A stretch of 64,000 bases of DNA from the NCBI GenBank assembly GCA_029856045.1, contig JAHQWG010000033.1, positions 77,885 to 141,884 on the forward strand. The letters are read 5' to 3'. Both the position numbers and the translations under genes were made by a program. Origin of the DNA: Promethearchaeia archaeon (GTDB taxonomy: Archaea > Asgardarchaeota > Lokiarchaeia > Sigyniarchaeales > SOKP01). Under the pieces are notes generated by a model, which had not been told where the DNA came from, did not search any database, and saw only the letters and a list, made by a program, of their open reading frames with translations. Positions 29,076 through 39,534 of this stretch are shown here, piece by piece (position 1 is the first letter of the stretch; every line of letters starts with the position of its first letter).

Positions 29076-31358
29076 GTGATTGAAACAAAAGAGATCTCTG
29101 GAGAAATAATCGCTCATTTATTTGGAGCACATTCAGATATTTTTAAAAATATATACCAAATATTAGATTCTCTATTCGGATTATATAATCTTCAAAACAA
29201 TGAAGAATTTAAAGAATGGAAAAATTTATTCATCAAAATTTATAGTGATAGGAACTGTAATAAAGAATTATTTATTACACACACTTATTTAGCCTTATTA
29301 ATAAAAGTAATTTTAATCCGAGTTGTCTTGAGCAAAATTGAATTTGAGCTTATTGATTTAAAAAATATTTTTAGCTTATTAAACGATTTTTCTAACGATT
29401 TCAGTCATTTTGAACGGAATTTTGGCAATTGGATATTTTTAAACGTAGAAAATAACCCAAAAGAAATAAATGATATCATAAAGCAATTGGTCTTAAATCT
29501 TCGTATTATTTATAATTCAATTATTAAAACCGAAGTTCTTAGAGAGGATTTATTCCATCATATTTATCAAGAATTGATTTCTGCTTCCATAAAGCATTCA
29601 ATGGGGGAATTCTACACTCCTACTTATCTTGCCAGAAAAATGATTATCAATTCCTATGATTTTGGTGAAAAAGTATTGGATCCTGCATGTGGGAGTAGTA
29701 CTTTCATCATTGAGCTAATAAAACATATCAAATCAAAAAATACACCATTAAAGAATCAAATTTCAGCAATTAATAACGTTTATGGGTATGATTTAAACCC
29801 ATTTGCAGTATTTATTTCAAAAATAAATATTTTCCTATTAATCAAAGATTTAATTCCACTTTGTAAAATAAATATAGAATTGCGTGATTCATTATTTCCG
29901 GAGGAAAATATCGAAAATAAATTCGATTTAATAATCGGAAATCCGCCATGGTTGACATATAGCTCGTTAGAATCTTTAGAAGATCAAAATAAATTAAAGG
30001 TTCTAGTTGAAAATTTACAAATCAAACCATCTCCTAAGAATATTCTGAATTTAGATTTATCTGCTGTCTTTTTTTATCAATGCTGTAATCTCTACTTGAA
30101 AAATAGGGGTAAAATCTTTTTTGTAATAACCTCCGGAATTATCACAGGAAGTCATAATGATCGATTTAGAACATTCCGTGGGTTTAGAAATATTAAAATC
30201 TGGACATTTACTAAAGAAATCTTTAATGTAGATTTTATTTGTTTATTCGCAATTAAAGATAAACTAAATGGCAATAAAAGTAGGGAAGAACTTGAGCAAA
30301 GGGAAATACCCGTAGAACATTTTGACTTTGAAAAATTAAATTCTAGTTTAAAAATAATGAAAATAAAAGAAGATATCTATGTTCCCTATGCAGTTGTCGA
30401 AAGAAGCGGAAAACTTTACGTAAAAAAGTTTATTCCAAAAGAAATTAAAAATAAAATGTATCCATATGCTAAATCCTATTATTTTGACTTATTTCATAAA
30501 GGTGCCGATCTAAACCCGCGAAATTTAATATTCATAGAATTCAAACAAAAATCTGATTTATTGGCTATTATCAATGTAGATAAAAGAATCCTCAAAAAGG
30601 CAAAACCTCCTTGGAATAAGATAGAATACCAAAATCAAATTATAGAAAAAAAATACATCTTCAATTGTGCAAAAAGTACTGAATTGGTAAAATTTAATGT
30701 CTTTCATACCTACAGCGTCTTTTTGCCCATTGAGAAATATGATTTAACATGGGAACCAACGTCTCTATCAAAATATGGTTCATCATTTTACACGTTAATC
30801 AATGAAAAATACTTGAAATATAAAAAAAAAACTACTAAACATAAATCCTTAATGGAAAACTTAAATCGATGGGGCAAATTGTTAAATAAAAGGCAATTTT
30901 CAGATATTAAAGTAGGATATAACAATTCAGGTTCAGTGTTAAACGCAGCAATTATTACTGGGGATTGTATTATTACAGGCGATCTGAGCTTTCTTAATAC
31001 AACTAATCTTAATGAAGCTTTTTACTTAACAGCAATTTTAAATTCTCCAATTTTATCTGAACAAATTAAAATTAGAAAAAGCTCACGCCATATTTTTAAA
31101 AAAGCATTAGAATTCCCCATAGAAAAATACAATGAAAATAATAAAATCCATAAAAATCTAAGCGAAATTGGAAAAATTGCTACTCTTAAATCAAAAGAAG
31201 TATGCAAAAAATTTAATTCTAAAGTGAATAATTCTATTTCGAAATGGGAAATTCAAAAACAATTACATCAAATTCTTAAACCCTTATTTGATAAAACAGA
31301 TAATCTTATATTTAAAATGATTTATAAATCAGACGCAATTAATGAGAATTTAAATTAA
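29076..31358 (+). CDS. N6-adenine DNA methyltransferase, Type IIG/Eco57I-like M plus specificity region, no evident nuclease domain
   Basis: GEFYTP, VLDPACGS, IGNPPW; C-terminal AILNS target-recognition region. Confidence 0.88.
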   Translation: MIETKEISGEIIAHLFGAHSDIFKNIYQILDSLFGLYNLQNNEEFKEWKNLFIKIYSDRNCNKELFITHTYLALLIKVILIRVVLSKIEFELIDLKNIFSLLNDFSNDFSHFERNFGNWIFLNVENNPKEINDIIKQLVLNLRIIYNSIIKTEVLREDLFHHIYQELISASIKHSMGEFYTPTYLARKMIINSYDFGEKVLDPACGSSTFIIELIKHIKSKNTPLKNQISAINNVYGYDLNPFAVFISKINIFLLIKDLIPLCKINIELRDSLFPEENIENKFDLIIGNPPWLTYSSLESLEDQNKLKVLVENLQIKPSPKNILNLDLSAVFFYQCCNLYLKNRGKIFFVITSGIITGSHNDRFRTFRGFRNIKIWTFTKEIFNVDFICLFAIKDKLNGNKSREELEQREIPVEHFDFEKLNSSLKIMKIKEDIYVPYAVVERSGKLYVKKFIPKEIKNKMYPYAKSYYFDLFHKGADLNPRNLIFIEFKQKSDLLAIINVDKRILKKAKPPWNKIEYQNQIIEKKYIFNCAKSTELVKFNVFHTYSVFLPIEKYDLTWEPTSLSKYGSSFYTLINEKYLKYKKKTTKHKSLMENLNRWGKLLNKRQFSDIKVGYNNSGSVLNAAIITGDCIITGDLSFLNTTNLNEAFYLTAILNSPILSEQIKIRKSSRHIFKKALEFPIEKYNENNKIHKNLSEIGKIATLKSKEVCKKFNSKVNNSISKWEIQKQLHQILKPLFDKTDNLIFKMIYKSDAINENLN

Positions 31359-31459
31359 TTAAGCAATGAAATTTTATTGCAGAATTATTTGTCTTACGAA
31401 TGATACGAACAATAATATGATCTATTAACTTTTATTATTCTAAAAAATAATCTCATATT

Positions 31460-31599
31460 GAAGGAATTTAATATCTTTGGCGGGTTTTTCCCGCAACTTT
31501 AAAACATTGGATTTCGCCCTCTTCTCGTGAAATCATTGCACGGGATCTCCTCCTTATACTTAATTTAAAGAGATACCGAATTCCTTCGGTTTTCTTTTT
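31460..31599. ncRNA. Candidate structured RNA or attenuator-like element
   Basis: Locally GC-rich; hairpins GCGGG/CCCGC, GATTTCGC/GTGAAATC and ACCGAA/TTCGGT plus T tract; long-range GAAGGAATT/AATTCCTTC pairing. Confidence 0.5.
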
Positions 31600-31790
31600 A
31601 ACCTATTAATTATTTCCATAAAATTAAATATAATTGAATTTTAAGAAATTCAAAAAATTTGATTTACTTTTCATCTGATTATTAGTAGGTAATCAATTAA
31701 ATTAAAATTAATATTACAATAAAATGAAATTAGTAATATTATTAATTTTCAATATTTTTTATTATCTAAAAAAAAATTTGGTGAAAACCA

Positions 31791-32825
31791 TTGAGTGAAG
31801 AAGAAATCTTATCTAAAAAAACATACATTCTTATTCTCGAAATAACGCTTGGTATTGCTATAGTCGGACTTATGCTAATGGTTGCTGGATTAAATGAATG
31901 GTTTGGTGATACTTTAGTTAACAATGACGTCGTCTATTATTTGTTTACTGCCATATCTTATTTGGGAGATACTTTAGTTTATATTATTATCGGAGCAACT
32001 CTATATTTAATTTATGATAAACGATTTGCGAAAAACTTATTCCTTGCTCTATTAGGATCGAATTATTTGGACAATTCTTTAAAAGATATATTTCAAGATC
32101 CTAGACCTGCATCAAATGCTCTTAGAGCCAATGCAACAGGCTACGGTTTTCCTTCCGGACATGCGCAAGGCTCTACGGTAACATATGGATATTTAGCATT
32201 TCATACTCAAAAGAATTATGCACAAGAGAAGTGGTATAAATATATTCCTTGGATTTTTCTAGTTGTAATATATTTAGTTGCAATTTCAAGGCAGATAATA
32301 GGAGTTCATGATGTTGAGGATATAGTTGGTGGATTATTAATCGGAATAAGCTTTTTGCTCTTATTTATTAATTTAGAACCACTTATAACTGAAAAAATAA
32401 ACACATTTGATTTGCCAATAAAACTAATAATTGCAGTAGCGATTCCTGTGATTTTATTTATTGTTGCATTGCTGATCTATCCTACGGGTTTAGGTGATTA
32501 TGGAAGGGCTTGCGGAGCTTTAACTGGATTATCAGTGGGTTATTTAATCGAAAATGAAAAAATACATTATAATCCACATGATCTTGATAATAAACAGAGA
32601 ATTATCAATTTAGCCATAGGACTTGCAATTACTATTGTTTTGTATTTACTTTTAAGCCTAATACCTTTAGATGTTCAAATTTGGAAATTTTTTGAATACT
32701 TAATAGTGGCATTAGTAGTTACTTTACTTATACCATGGCTTTTATTATTGATTCAAGAAAAACTAAGTGGGAGAGAAAAAGTAGCAAAAGTAGCAAAAGT
32801 AGAAAAAGTTGAAAGTACAGAATAA
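31791..32825 (+). CDS. PAP2 family membrane phosphatase
   Basis: K...PRP, FPSGH, SRQIIGVH...D. Confidence 0.92.
   Translation: MSEEEILSKKTYILILEITLGIAIVGLMLMVAGLNEWFGDTLVNNDVVYYLFTAISYLGDTLVYIIIGATLYLIYDKRFAKNLFLALLGSNYLDNSLKDIFQDPRPASNALRANATGYGFPSGHAQGSTVTYGYLAFHTQKNYAQEKWYKYIPWIFLVVIYLVAISRQIIGVHDVEDIVGGLLIGISFLLLFINLEPLITEKINTFDLPIKLIIAVAIPVILFIVALLIYPTGLGDYGRACGALTGLSVGYLIENEKIHYNPHDLDNKQRIINLAIGLAITIVLYLLLSLIPLDVQIWKFFEYLIVALVVTLLIPWLLLLIQEKLSGREKVAKVAKVEKVESTE
32777..32812 (+). repeat. 9-bp coding tandem repeat, 4 copies
   Basis: AAAAGTAGC AAAAGTAGC AAAAGTAGA AAAAGTTGA encoding KVAKVAKVEKVE. Confidence 0.8.
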
Positions 32826-32956
32826 AAATATTCAAATCTCTTTTTTTTTTTATTATTATCTAACTTTTAAAATTGGCAACCTAATATTATTATTATTATT
32901 GATTTCCATTAAATTATTCATATACTTAAAGAATAATATAAATCAGTAGAATTACG

Positions 32957-33712
32957 TTAAGAAACATACTCTTTTTCGTTTCTTTCACTTATTTTAGACT
33001 CTAATTTTTTAGATAGTTGAGTCAAACGAAACTCTTTAATAATGTAATATAAAGTATAGAATAACGAAACACGTATGAACTTCGAAGAAAGATCTTCATC
33101 TTCAATTCCAAGCGAAAAAAATTGAAAGATATAATCTATATGGAATAGAAATTGAATATTTAATAGTAAAAAAGCGCTAATGAATATAATAATAAATAAA
33201 ATTCTATTATTCGCTTTATATAGAAAATAAGGTATTATTAAAAACATTGTTAGTTTAAAACAGATAAAGGCTAATAAAATAGGGGGTATATATTTATCTT
33301 CTTCGTATAGAAATGCAATTAAAAGAATGAAAATACTAAATGGTTCAATATTTCCAATTAAAATGTATACAAATGTAAAAAAAGAAAATATCAATACAAC
33401 AAAATAATTTTTCTCTAATTTAAATAATAAATATATTGAACCTATCCAACAACATGTTAGAAATACTATGTATATTTCTAAATTAATATAAAATGGTGTT
33501 AAAAAGAAAAAGCTTGGAAAATAATTGAGTCCATAAAAAACTTCGCTATTCCAAAATTTTTGAATTGCAGGAGAATAATATACGAAATAATCCCAAAAAA
33601 TAATTACTGCGGGTTCTATTGACTCCCAATAAATAGAATAAATAGTTAAAATAAGGCAAAGAATAAATAAAGAAATAGGAAATAAGATTTTTTGAGTTTT
33701 TTTCTTAAACAT
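32957..33712 (-). CDS. Polytopic GT-C-type (GT87/DUF2029-like) glycosyltransferase candidate
   Basis: DYFVYY, YFPSF...P, GNIE, A...FKL motifs in a multi-TM protein. Confidence 0.6.
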   Translation of the reverse strand: MFKKKTQKILFPISLFILCLILTIYSIYWESIEPAVIIFWDYFVYYSPAIQKFWNSEVFYGLNYFPSFFFLTPFYINLEIYIVFLTCCWIGSIYLLFKLEKNYFVVLIFSFFTFVYILIGNIEPFSIFILLIAFLYEEDKYIPPILLAFICFKLTMFLIIPYFLYKANNRILFIIIFISAFLLLNIQFLFHIDYIFQFFSLGIEDEDLSSKFIRVSLFYTLYYIIKEFRLTQLSKKLESKISERNEKEYVS

Positions 33713-33855
33713 GGATATCTTACTATACGTAATTATATTTATGATATAATTTTTTTTGAAATTTAAATTGTTACACAGAATAAGAAAAAGTTTTAATCTA
33801 TTTAGAATTGAATAAAATATTATATTAATATGATCAAATTCACGTTAGGCACTAT

Positions 33856-34569
33856 ATGAAAATCAGTTTTGTTATACCAACTTATAATGAACATGGGAAT
33901 ATTGATAGGCTAATTAAAAAAATTAATTCAATCACTAAAGAGCATAACTTAACTAATGAAATAATAATAGTAGATGATAATAGTACTGATGGTACAATTG
34001 ACGATGTGAGAAACCTACAAAAGACTCAAGATAATATAAAATTAATTGTAAGAGATAAACTATTAGGCATCGGAACTGCTCATATAGATGGGTATAATCA
34101 AGCAACGGGCGATTTGATAATTTCAATGGATGCAGATTTGCAACATCCCCCCGAAAAAATACCAGAATTTATCGCAAAAATCAAAATTGGATACGATGTT
34201 GTGGTAAGTTCACGATACATGAAAGGCGGATCAACAGAAACAAGTTTTCATAACAGAATTATAAGTAAATTGGGTGGTATTTATCTTTCCCTTATGTTTG
34301 GAATCAAAATAAAAGACTTTTCAACTGGTTATCGAGCAATAAAAATGGAAGTATGGCAAAAGATTAGAAATTATAGATACTCAAGTAAAAATGTATTTTT
34401 AATTGAGAGTGTTTATTATGCACATAAAAATGGAGCAAAAATTACTGATATTCCAATCCTATTTAAAAAAAGAGATATGGGTGAATCTAAAACTCCATTT
34501 ATAAGTGAGTCAATAAAGTCACTGATGTTACCATTTAAAGTAATATTTTCATCAATTAAAAGGAAATAA
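33856..34569 (+). CDS. Polyprenol-phosphate glycosyltransferase (DPM1/GtrB-like, GT2)
   Basis: IPTYNE, VDDNSTDGT, MDADLQHPP, SRYMKGG, D.STGYR. Confidence 0.92.
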   Translation: MKISFVIPTYNEHGNIDRLIKKINSITKEHNLTNEIIIVDDNSTDGTIDDVRNLQKTQDNIKLIVRDKLLGIGTAHIDGYNQATGDLIISMDADLQHPPEKIPEFIAKIKIGYDVVVSSRYMKGGSTETSFHNRIISKLGGIYLSLMFGIKIKDFSTGYRAIKMEVWQKIRNYRYSSKNVFLIESVYYAHKNGAKITDIPILFKKRDMGESKTPFISESIKSLMLPFKVIFSSIKRK

Positions 34570-34594
34570 CAAAGCTTTTGCATTAAAAAATTAA

Positions 34595-35044
34595 TTATTT
34601 TTCCTGATTTTTGTTAATATTTTCTCTAAAAGTCCATAATTTATTTCCCACAAAATTAACTAAGAATGCTGCTATAATAGCAATAACCTCAGCAAAAATA
34701 TACCAAATATAAAAATATTCGACAAGAACAAAAAGAATAATGATATTAACAGCTAAAGAAATTACACTTACTATTGAATACTGAATAAATTTTTTTACCA
34801 TATTTTCTTTAAATTCTTCTTTAAAAGTCCAAATTTTATTAATTATATAATTATTTAAAACAGAAATAAAAAATGCAATTATTTCAGAGATTAGGTAATA
34901 AATCTTAAAGATATCAGTCAAAAGATAGAGTATTGATAAATTCACTACTGTTCCTATAGCTCCGACAATAGCAAATTTAGTAAATTCTAAAATAAATGGT
35001 TTTGAAAAAATTTTATGAAATACTTCCGAAAGGAATTCAGACAT
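34595..35044 (-). CDS. GtrA family lipid-linked sugar flippase
   Basis: KFAIVGAIGT.VN, NYIINKIWTF, NFVGNKLWTF. Confidence 0.92.
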   Translation of the reverse strand: MSEFLSEVFHKIFSKPFILEFTKFAIVGAIGTVVNLSILYLLTDIFKIYYLISEIIAFFISVLNNYIINKIWTFKEEFKENMVKKFIQYSIVSVISLAVNIIILFVLVEYFYIWYIFAEVIAIIAAFLVNFVGNKLWTFRENINKNQEK

Positions 35045-35183
35045 TATCGTAAATAACGCAGAGATTTTAAAGTATCTATGATAATAATTAACTTAATACT
35101 TCAAATTTATATTTTTTGGAATTTAATGTAATAGTATATAATGTTGAATCATAATATCAAAAATAAAATCCTGTGAAAAATAA

Positions 35184-36236
35184 ATGTCGGAAAAAGAAAT
35201 GTCAGAATCAAGAGAGATAAAAACTAAAAGATATTATTGGATAGATCATGCAAGAGGGTTTATAATGATTTGGCTAGTTGTTGCTTTATTTCTTCCTATA
35301 TGGATTACTGAAGGTCCAGCACGATTTTTTCTTGCACATCCAGAAAATCAACGAACTACAACTCTTATGAATCTATATGATGTTGGTGTGCCTGCATTCA
35401 TTTTTATTATGGGTTTTCTTATGCCAATATCATTTACCAGAAGAAAAGAAAGAGATGGAGTAAAAAAAACAGTTATACATATGATTATACGCTATGGTAT
35501 TATTTTAGGACTTGGATTACTTATTTTTATCGTGGATGGAGGTTATTTAATAAAAGAGAGTGGTGGCGAATGGGTATTAATTGCTGGAATTCCTGTTATT
35601 CGATGGGACGTTCTTCCCTCGCTAGGTCTTGTAGGTTTAATAACTATACCCTTTCTTTGGTTAAAACCTAAATTTCGGAGTATTGTAGCTGCAATATTAT
35701 TAATTTTTTATCAAATTATGTTATTATTTGGCGGTTGGCGTGAGTATGCAATTGAATCTATTCATGGTGGTATTCTAGGAACTATATTTGGTTTATCTGT
35801 AGTTATGATTTGGGCAACGTGCTTTGGTGAATTATTACTAATTAATGATAAATTAACGGAAAAAAGGAAATATCAAATTTATGCTCTTGGAGGGATCGTT
35901 TGTCTAATAGTCGGATTATTAATAATGCTAATTCCAGAATGGTACCCCAATAAACGTCAAATTACACTAACATATATATTGATAAGTACCGGTGTAACGA
36001 TTTTAGGCTCATTTTTGTTTATTGGAATTGATAAAAAACTACAGAAACCAATATTCATTTTAGATAGTTATGGAAAAAGTCCTTTTCTAATTTACGTAAT
36101 CAGTGTTGTAATAGAATTCTTAATAGTAGATCTTATCGGTTATGAAATGGATCTATTGGTGGCTATTCCAATGATTATAGTTGTTTCGGTAATTGCTATT
36201 CTCCTCGACAAAAAGGGAAAAATTATAAAATTATAA
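35184..36236 (+). CDS. HGSNAT/DUF5009-like membrane acyltransferase
   Basis: IDHARG, H...D...PAFIFIMG, PNKRQ.T..Y, G..P..IY. Confidence 0.75.
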   Translation: MSEKEMSESREIKTKRYYWIDHARGFIMIWLVVALFLPIWITEGPARFFLAHPENQRTTTLMNLYDVGVPAFIFIMGFLMPISFTRRKERDGVKKTVIHMIIRYGIILGLGLLIFIVDGGYLIKESGGEWVLIAGIPVIRWDVLPSLGLVGLITIPFLWLKPKFRSIVAAILLIFYQIMLLFGGWREYAIESIHGGILGTIFGLSVVMIWATCFGELLLINDKLTEKRKYQIYALGGIVCLIVGLLIMLIPEWYPNKRQITLTYILISTGVTILGSFLFIGIDKKLQKPIFILDSYGKSPFLIYVISVVIEFLIVDLIGYEMDLLVAIPMIIVVSVIAILLDKKGKIIKL

Positions 36237-36509
36237 ATTTTAATTTCTTTTTCTTATTTTGTGTTTAAATCAAAATACGCAATTTATTGAATAGGATGCA
36301 GCAATGTCTTGTGTAGGTATTATACAAATATTCACTTGGTTGTCACCTGTTATAAGAAGATACAAAGAATTAAAAGCATATAACCTGGTCCTTGTTTTAT
36401 CTTATAAAAATCATAAAAAAGTATTCATTAATATGGTATTAGGATACCTTTATGAATAATAATAGAGAGAAAGCGTAAAATTTAAATTTTTTTTTACTAT
36501 TTTCCTTTT

Positions 36510-37232
36510 ATGCTTTCAATAATTGCCGTAGTTATCAATAATCTTGAGGTTACTCAGAGATTTATATCAAGTATTAAGCAGTATACAATAGAAAAATATG
36601 AACTTATTCTTATTGATAATGGTTCGACGATTAAGAAAGCTATTAACTATTTTAAGAGAGTAGCAAACATTTATTTTCGATTTGATAAAACGATTGATTT
36701 AGCAAAAGCATGGAATAAAGGTATTAGTTTGTCTAAAGGAAATTACATTGCTGTTGTTAATAATGATATAGTAGTTCCACCAAATTGGTTTGAACCATTA
36801 AAAGAAGTGCTTGATACACATAATAAGGCAGGTATGGTAAGTCCAATTACCTATTGGTTAATTAGAGACGGTTATTTTTTATATAAAGGGTTAAAAAATT
36901 TTGATAAAACCTTTAGCAAACCATTTAAACTTAAAAAATTTAAAGATTTAGTATGGGGTGAGTTTTGTCTATTCAAAAAGCAAGCATTAAAGGATGTTGG
37001 TGGCTACTGTGAACTATATCGAAAATTTAGTGGGGAAGATTTAGAAATGTGTTTCCAACTTTATTCAAAAGGATATGAAATTTATGTTGATCCGCGAGTT
37101 TTTGTATATCATCAAGGTAAAGCATCACAAATACCAGAGATCATAGTTAAAGAAGAAAGAGATAAAATAGATCAAGAAAATTTTGAATTATTTAAGTCAA
37201 GATGGCCTAAATATACAAAAGGTTGGAAATGA
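36510..37232 (+). CDS. Glycosyltransferase family 2
   Basis: LIDNGS, AWNKGI, NNDIVV, EDLEMC, VYH. Confidence 0.9.
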   Translation: MLSIIAVVINNLEVTQRFISSIKQYTIEKYELILIDNGSTIKKAINYFKRVANIYFRFDKTIDLAKAWNKGISLSKGNYIAVVNNDIVVPPNWFEPLKEVLDTHNKAGMVSPITYWLIRDGYFLYKGLKNFDKTFSKPFKLKKFKDLVWGEFCLFKKQALKDVGGYCELYRKFSGEDLEMCFQLYSKGYEIYVDPRVFVYHQGKASQIPEIIVKEERDKIDQENFELFKSRWPKYTKGWK

Positions 37233-37311
37233 TTATTTTTTTTACATTTAAGATTTTGGAAAAATACTTTAAATTTGACTGAAACTCTGAAATATTTAAT
37301 TTTCTTCATTT

Positions 37312-37950
37312 TTACTTTTTAATCTTCATTTTCTCCATTTCTATTCTTCTTTTAACAATTTCAGCAATGTTTTTGGCGAAATCTATACCATCCACCATTT
37401 CATAAAATTTTTCAAGAAATTTTATTTCTACTTGATAATGTAGTTTGTGATGTTCAGCTATTAAAAATGAAAATGGGTTTAAATCGGTAAAAGGAGCGGA
37501 TTTGATTCTTGGTAAAGTTGTTTCTTTTAAAAATTTTAGATTATCCTCTCTAGCTTCAATTTGTTTTTTAATCAACTTGAGAATTTTTCGTTTGTTAAGC
37601 ATTAATAAAAATGGCATAACTGAATCAATATCAAAATAGTAATCTTGAATGAATTCAAGCTGATTTGTCAATTGATTAATAGTTTCAGCTCTACCTTTCG
37701 GAGTGAATTTATAAACCATTCTTTCAGGTCTATTTGAATCTTTTATTGTTGTACTTTCAAAAAAACCTTCTTTATCGAGTTGTTTCAAATGATAATAGAA
37801 TGAAGCTTGAGATGCTTTAATGTAGTTTTCAAAATGCCATTCTTTTGCGATCTTCCCTAATTCATATCCAGAAATCTCATCACCCTCAAATAAAGTAATT
37901 AAACCTAAGATAAATGTCCTAAGGGGTGAACTTTTAGAATTTTTTTTCAT
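37312..37950 (-). CDS. PadR family transcriptional regulator
   Basis: ILGL...SGYEL...S.YYHLKQL.KEG...RPERMVYKFTPKG. Confidence 0.9.
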   Translation of the reverse strand: MKKNSKSSPLRTFILGLITLFEGDEISGYELGKIAKEWHFENYIKASQASFYYHLKQLDKEGFFESTTIKDSNRPERMVYKFTPKGRAETINQLTNQLEFIQDYYFDIDSVMPFLLMLNKRKILKLIKKQIEAREDNLKFLKETTLPRIKSAPFTDLNPFSFLIAEHHKLHYQVEIKFLEKFYEMVDGIDFAKNIAEIVKRRIEMEKMKIKK

Positions 37951-37990
37951 ATGTATCCACTTTATATATGTTTTTTTTTCTTATTAAATA

Positions 37991-38048
37991 TACTTAAATT
38001 TGAATACTTTAATATAAATAGTCAAGTTTAAATATTTAAATTTGATTA
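37991..38048. promoter_or_regulatory. Three 16-bp imperfect palindromes (candidate PadR operators) in a divergent promoter
   Basis: TACTTAAATTTGAATA 37991-38006; TAGTCAAGTTTAAATA 38019-34; TATTTAAATTTGATTA 38033-48. Confidence 0.55.
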
Positions 38049-38107
38049 CTATATTTATAATATTTTTTGAAAAATTAAAATAAAAATTTACAAATTGAGA
38101 GGTAAAG

Positions 38108-38683
38108 TTGATTTTGACTATAAATGTAATAGGGAATTACAATAAAAATCTTAAAATAAAAGATCTCGAAAGTTTGGAAAAAAATCCAAAAGATTGGTCT
38201 TGGAAAGATTTCATTTCTTCATTTTTTTGGGGTCCATTGATACTCATTCAATTTATACAATCTTTTTTTGTTTATAATTTTTTAAACATTGACTTACTAT
38301 GCCTTCTTGGATGGATCATTTGGATATTTAGTCTTTTCTTCGGTTTTATGCCTTTTTATGAATTTAAAAAGAAAGGTGGTGTAACAAAGGGTGATAGTTA
38401 TATTAAAACTACAAAACTCGTTGATACTGGAATTTATGCTATTGTTCGGCATGGTCAATATCTAGCAGGGATACTGTGGAGTTTTGCATTAATTTTAATA
38501 ACTCAACACTGGTTTAACCTATTATGTGGCATCCCAGTGATGATTGGAATTTATTATGATATGTTTAGGGCAGATAAAGAATTAATAATGAAATTTGGAG
38601 ATAATTATATGGATTATATGAAAAAGGTTCCAAGAGCAAATTTTATATGGGGTATCGTTAAGTATCTTTACCGAAAAAGATAA
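38108..38683 (+). CDS. Isoprenylcysteine carboxyl methyltransferase/PEMT family membrane protein
   Basis: LVDTGIYAIVRHGQY, KFGD.Y..YMKKVPR. Confidence 0.85.
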   Translation: MILTINVIGNYNKNLKIKDLESLEKNPKDWSWKDFISSFFWGPLILIQFIQSFFVYNFLNIDLLCLLGWIIWIFSLFFGFMPFYEFKKKGGVTKGDSYIKTTKLVDTGIYAIVRHGQYLAGILWSFALILITQHWFNLLCGIPVMIGIYYDMFRADKELIMKFGDNYMDYMKKVPRANFIWGIVKYLYRKR

Positions 38684-38751
38684 TGCTTTTTTTAAAAAAA
38701 ATATTATCCATTTTTTTTTTATAAACTGGAATTATTAGGATTTAATTTCAA

Positions 38752-39534
38752 TCATAACTCACGTAGATTAAAAATAAAGTATGATAAAATAAAATCAAAC
38801 CCTATATAGATTAATTGAATAGAAATATTTGTTATTATCGATGGAGTTAGCCATATTCGCATATATATAAAAAAAGTAGATTCATAATATCTTAAATCTG
38901 GAAAATTGAAAATTTGTACATTCATACTTCCGTGATAAGTTATTAAATATATAGGTTCTACATATGGAAGAAACAACGTTAGGAAAGTCGAAATTGTACT
39001 AAATCCTACAAAAAGCAATAGGAATGAAATTATAATTGAAAATGAAACTGATCTCATAAATGAACTGATTGCTAAAATAAAGGTTGAAACCGCGATTCCA
39101 TATAAAAGTGTAAATAAATATGATAAGAAAAATTCAAATGATATTTGCTGAAAAAAAATTAAACCAAGTATTAAATAATATATGTAATAAATTGTTAAAA
39201 CACTAAGAAATAAAATTAGATTTCCTAAAAATTTACCAGCTATCAGTTTAAGTTTGTTTATCTTTGGAAATAATATTAAATAAGTTTTATATTGAAATTC
39301 TTCGGCAATTATCGCTCCAAAAAAGAAAAATGATGCAAAAATTATTATATAGTTGATAAAACCTAATTGAGTGGATGCAAAATCATTAAAGGTATCTTGC
39401 AATAAATCTGGATTGACAAGATATGGAATTAATCCTGATAATGTAATTAAAGCTAAACTAATTAATGTAAAAAGATAGAAACGACCTTTATGGCGTTTCA
39501 ATTCAAATAATAATGTAATGGAGGTTTGACTCAT
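38752..39534 (-). CDS. ABC-2 type transporter permease
   Basis: IAEEFQYKT...P...K...GKF; about 6 TM; ATGA overlap with the ATPase gene. Confidence 0.85.
   Translation of the reverse strand: MSQTSITLLFELKRHKGRFYLFTLISLALITLSGLIPYLVNPDLLQDTFNDFASTQLGFINYIIIFASFFFFGAIIAEEFQYKTYLILFPKINKLKLIAGKFLGNLILFLSVLTIYYIYYLILGLIFFQQISFEFFLSYLFTLLYGIAVSTFILAISSFMRSVSFSIIISFLLLFVGFSTISTFLTLFLPYVEPIYLITYHGSMNVQIFNFPDLRYYESTFFIYMRIWLTPSIITNISIQLIYIGFDFILSYFIFNLREL

Noticed and set aside
31543-31555. 16S rRNA fragment
   Set aside because: Only 13 nt of similarity; the flanks do not resemble helix 45.
36304-36460. Short ORF MSCVGIIQIFTWLSP...
   Set aside because: No RBS or motif; possibly a gene remnant but unsupported.
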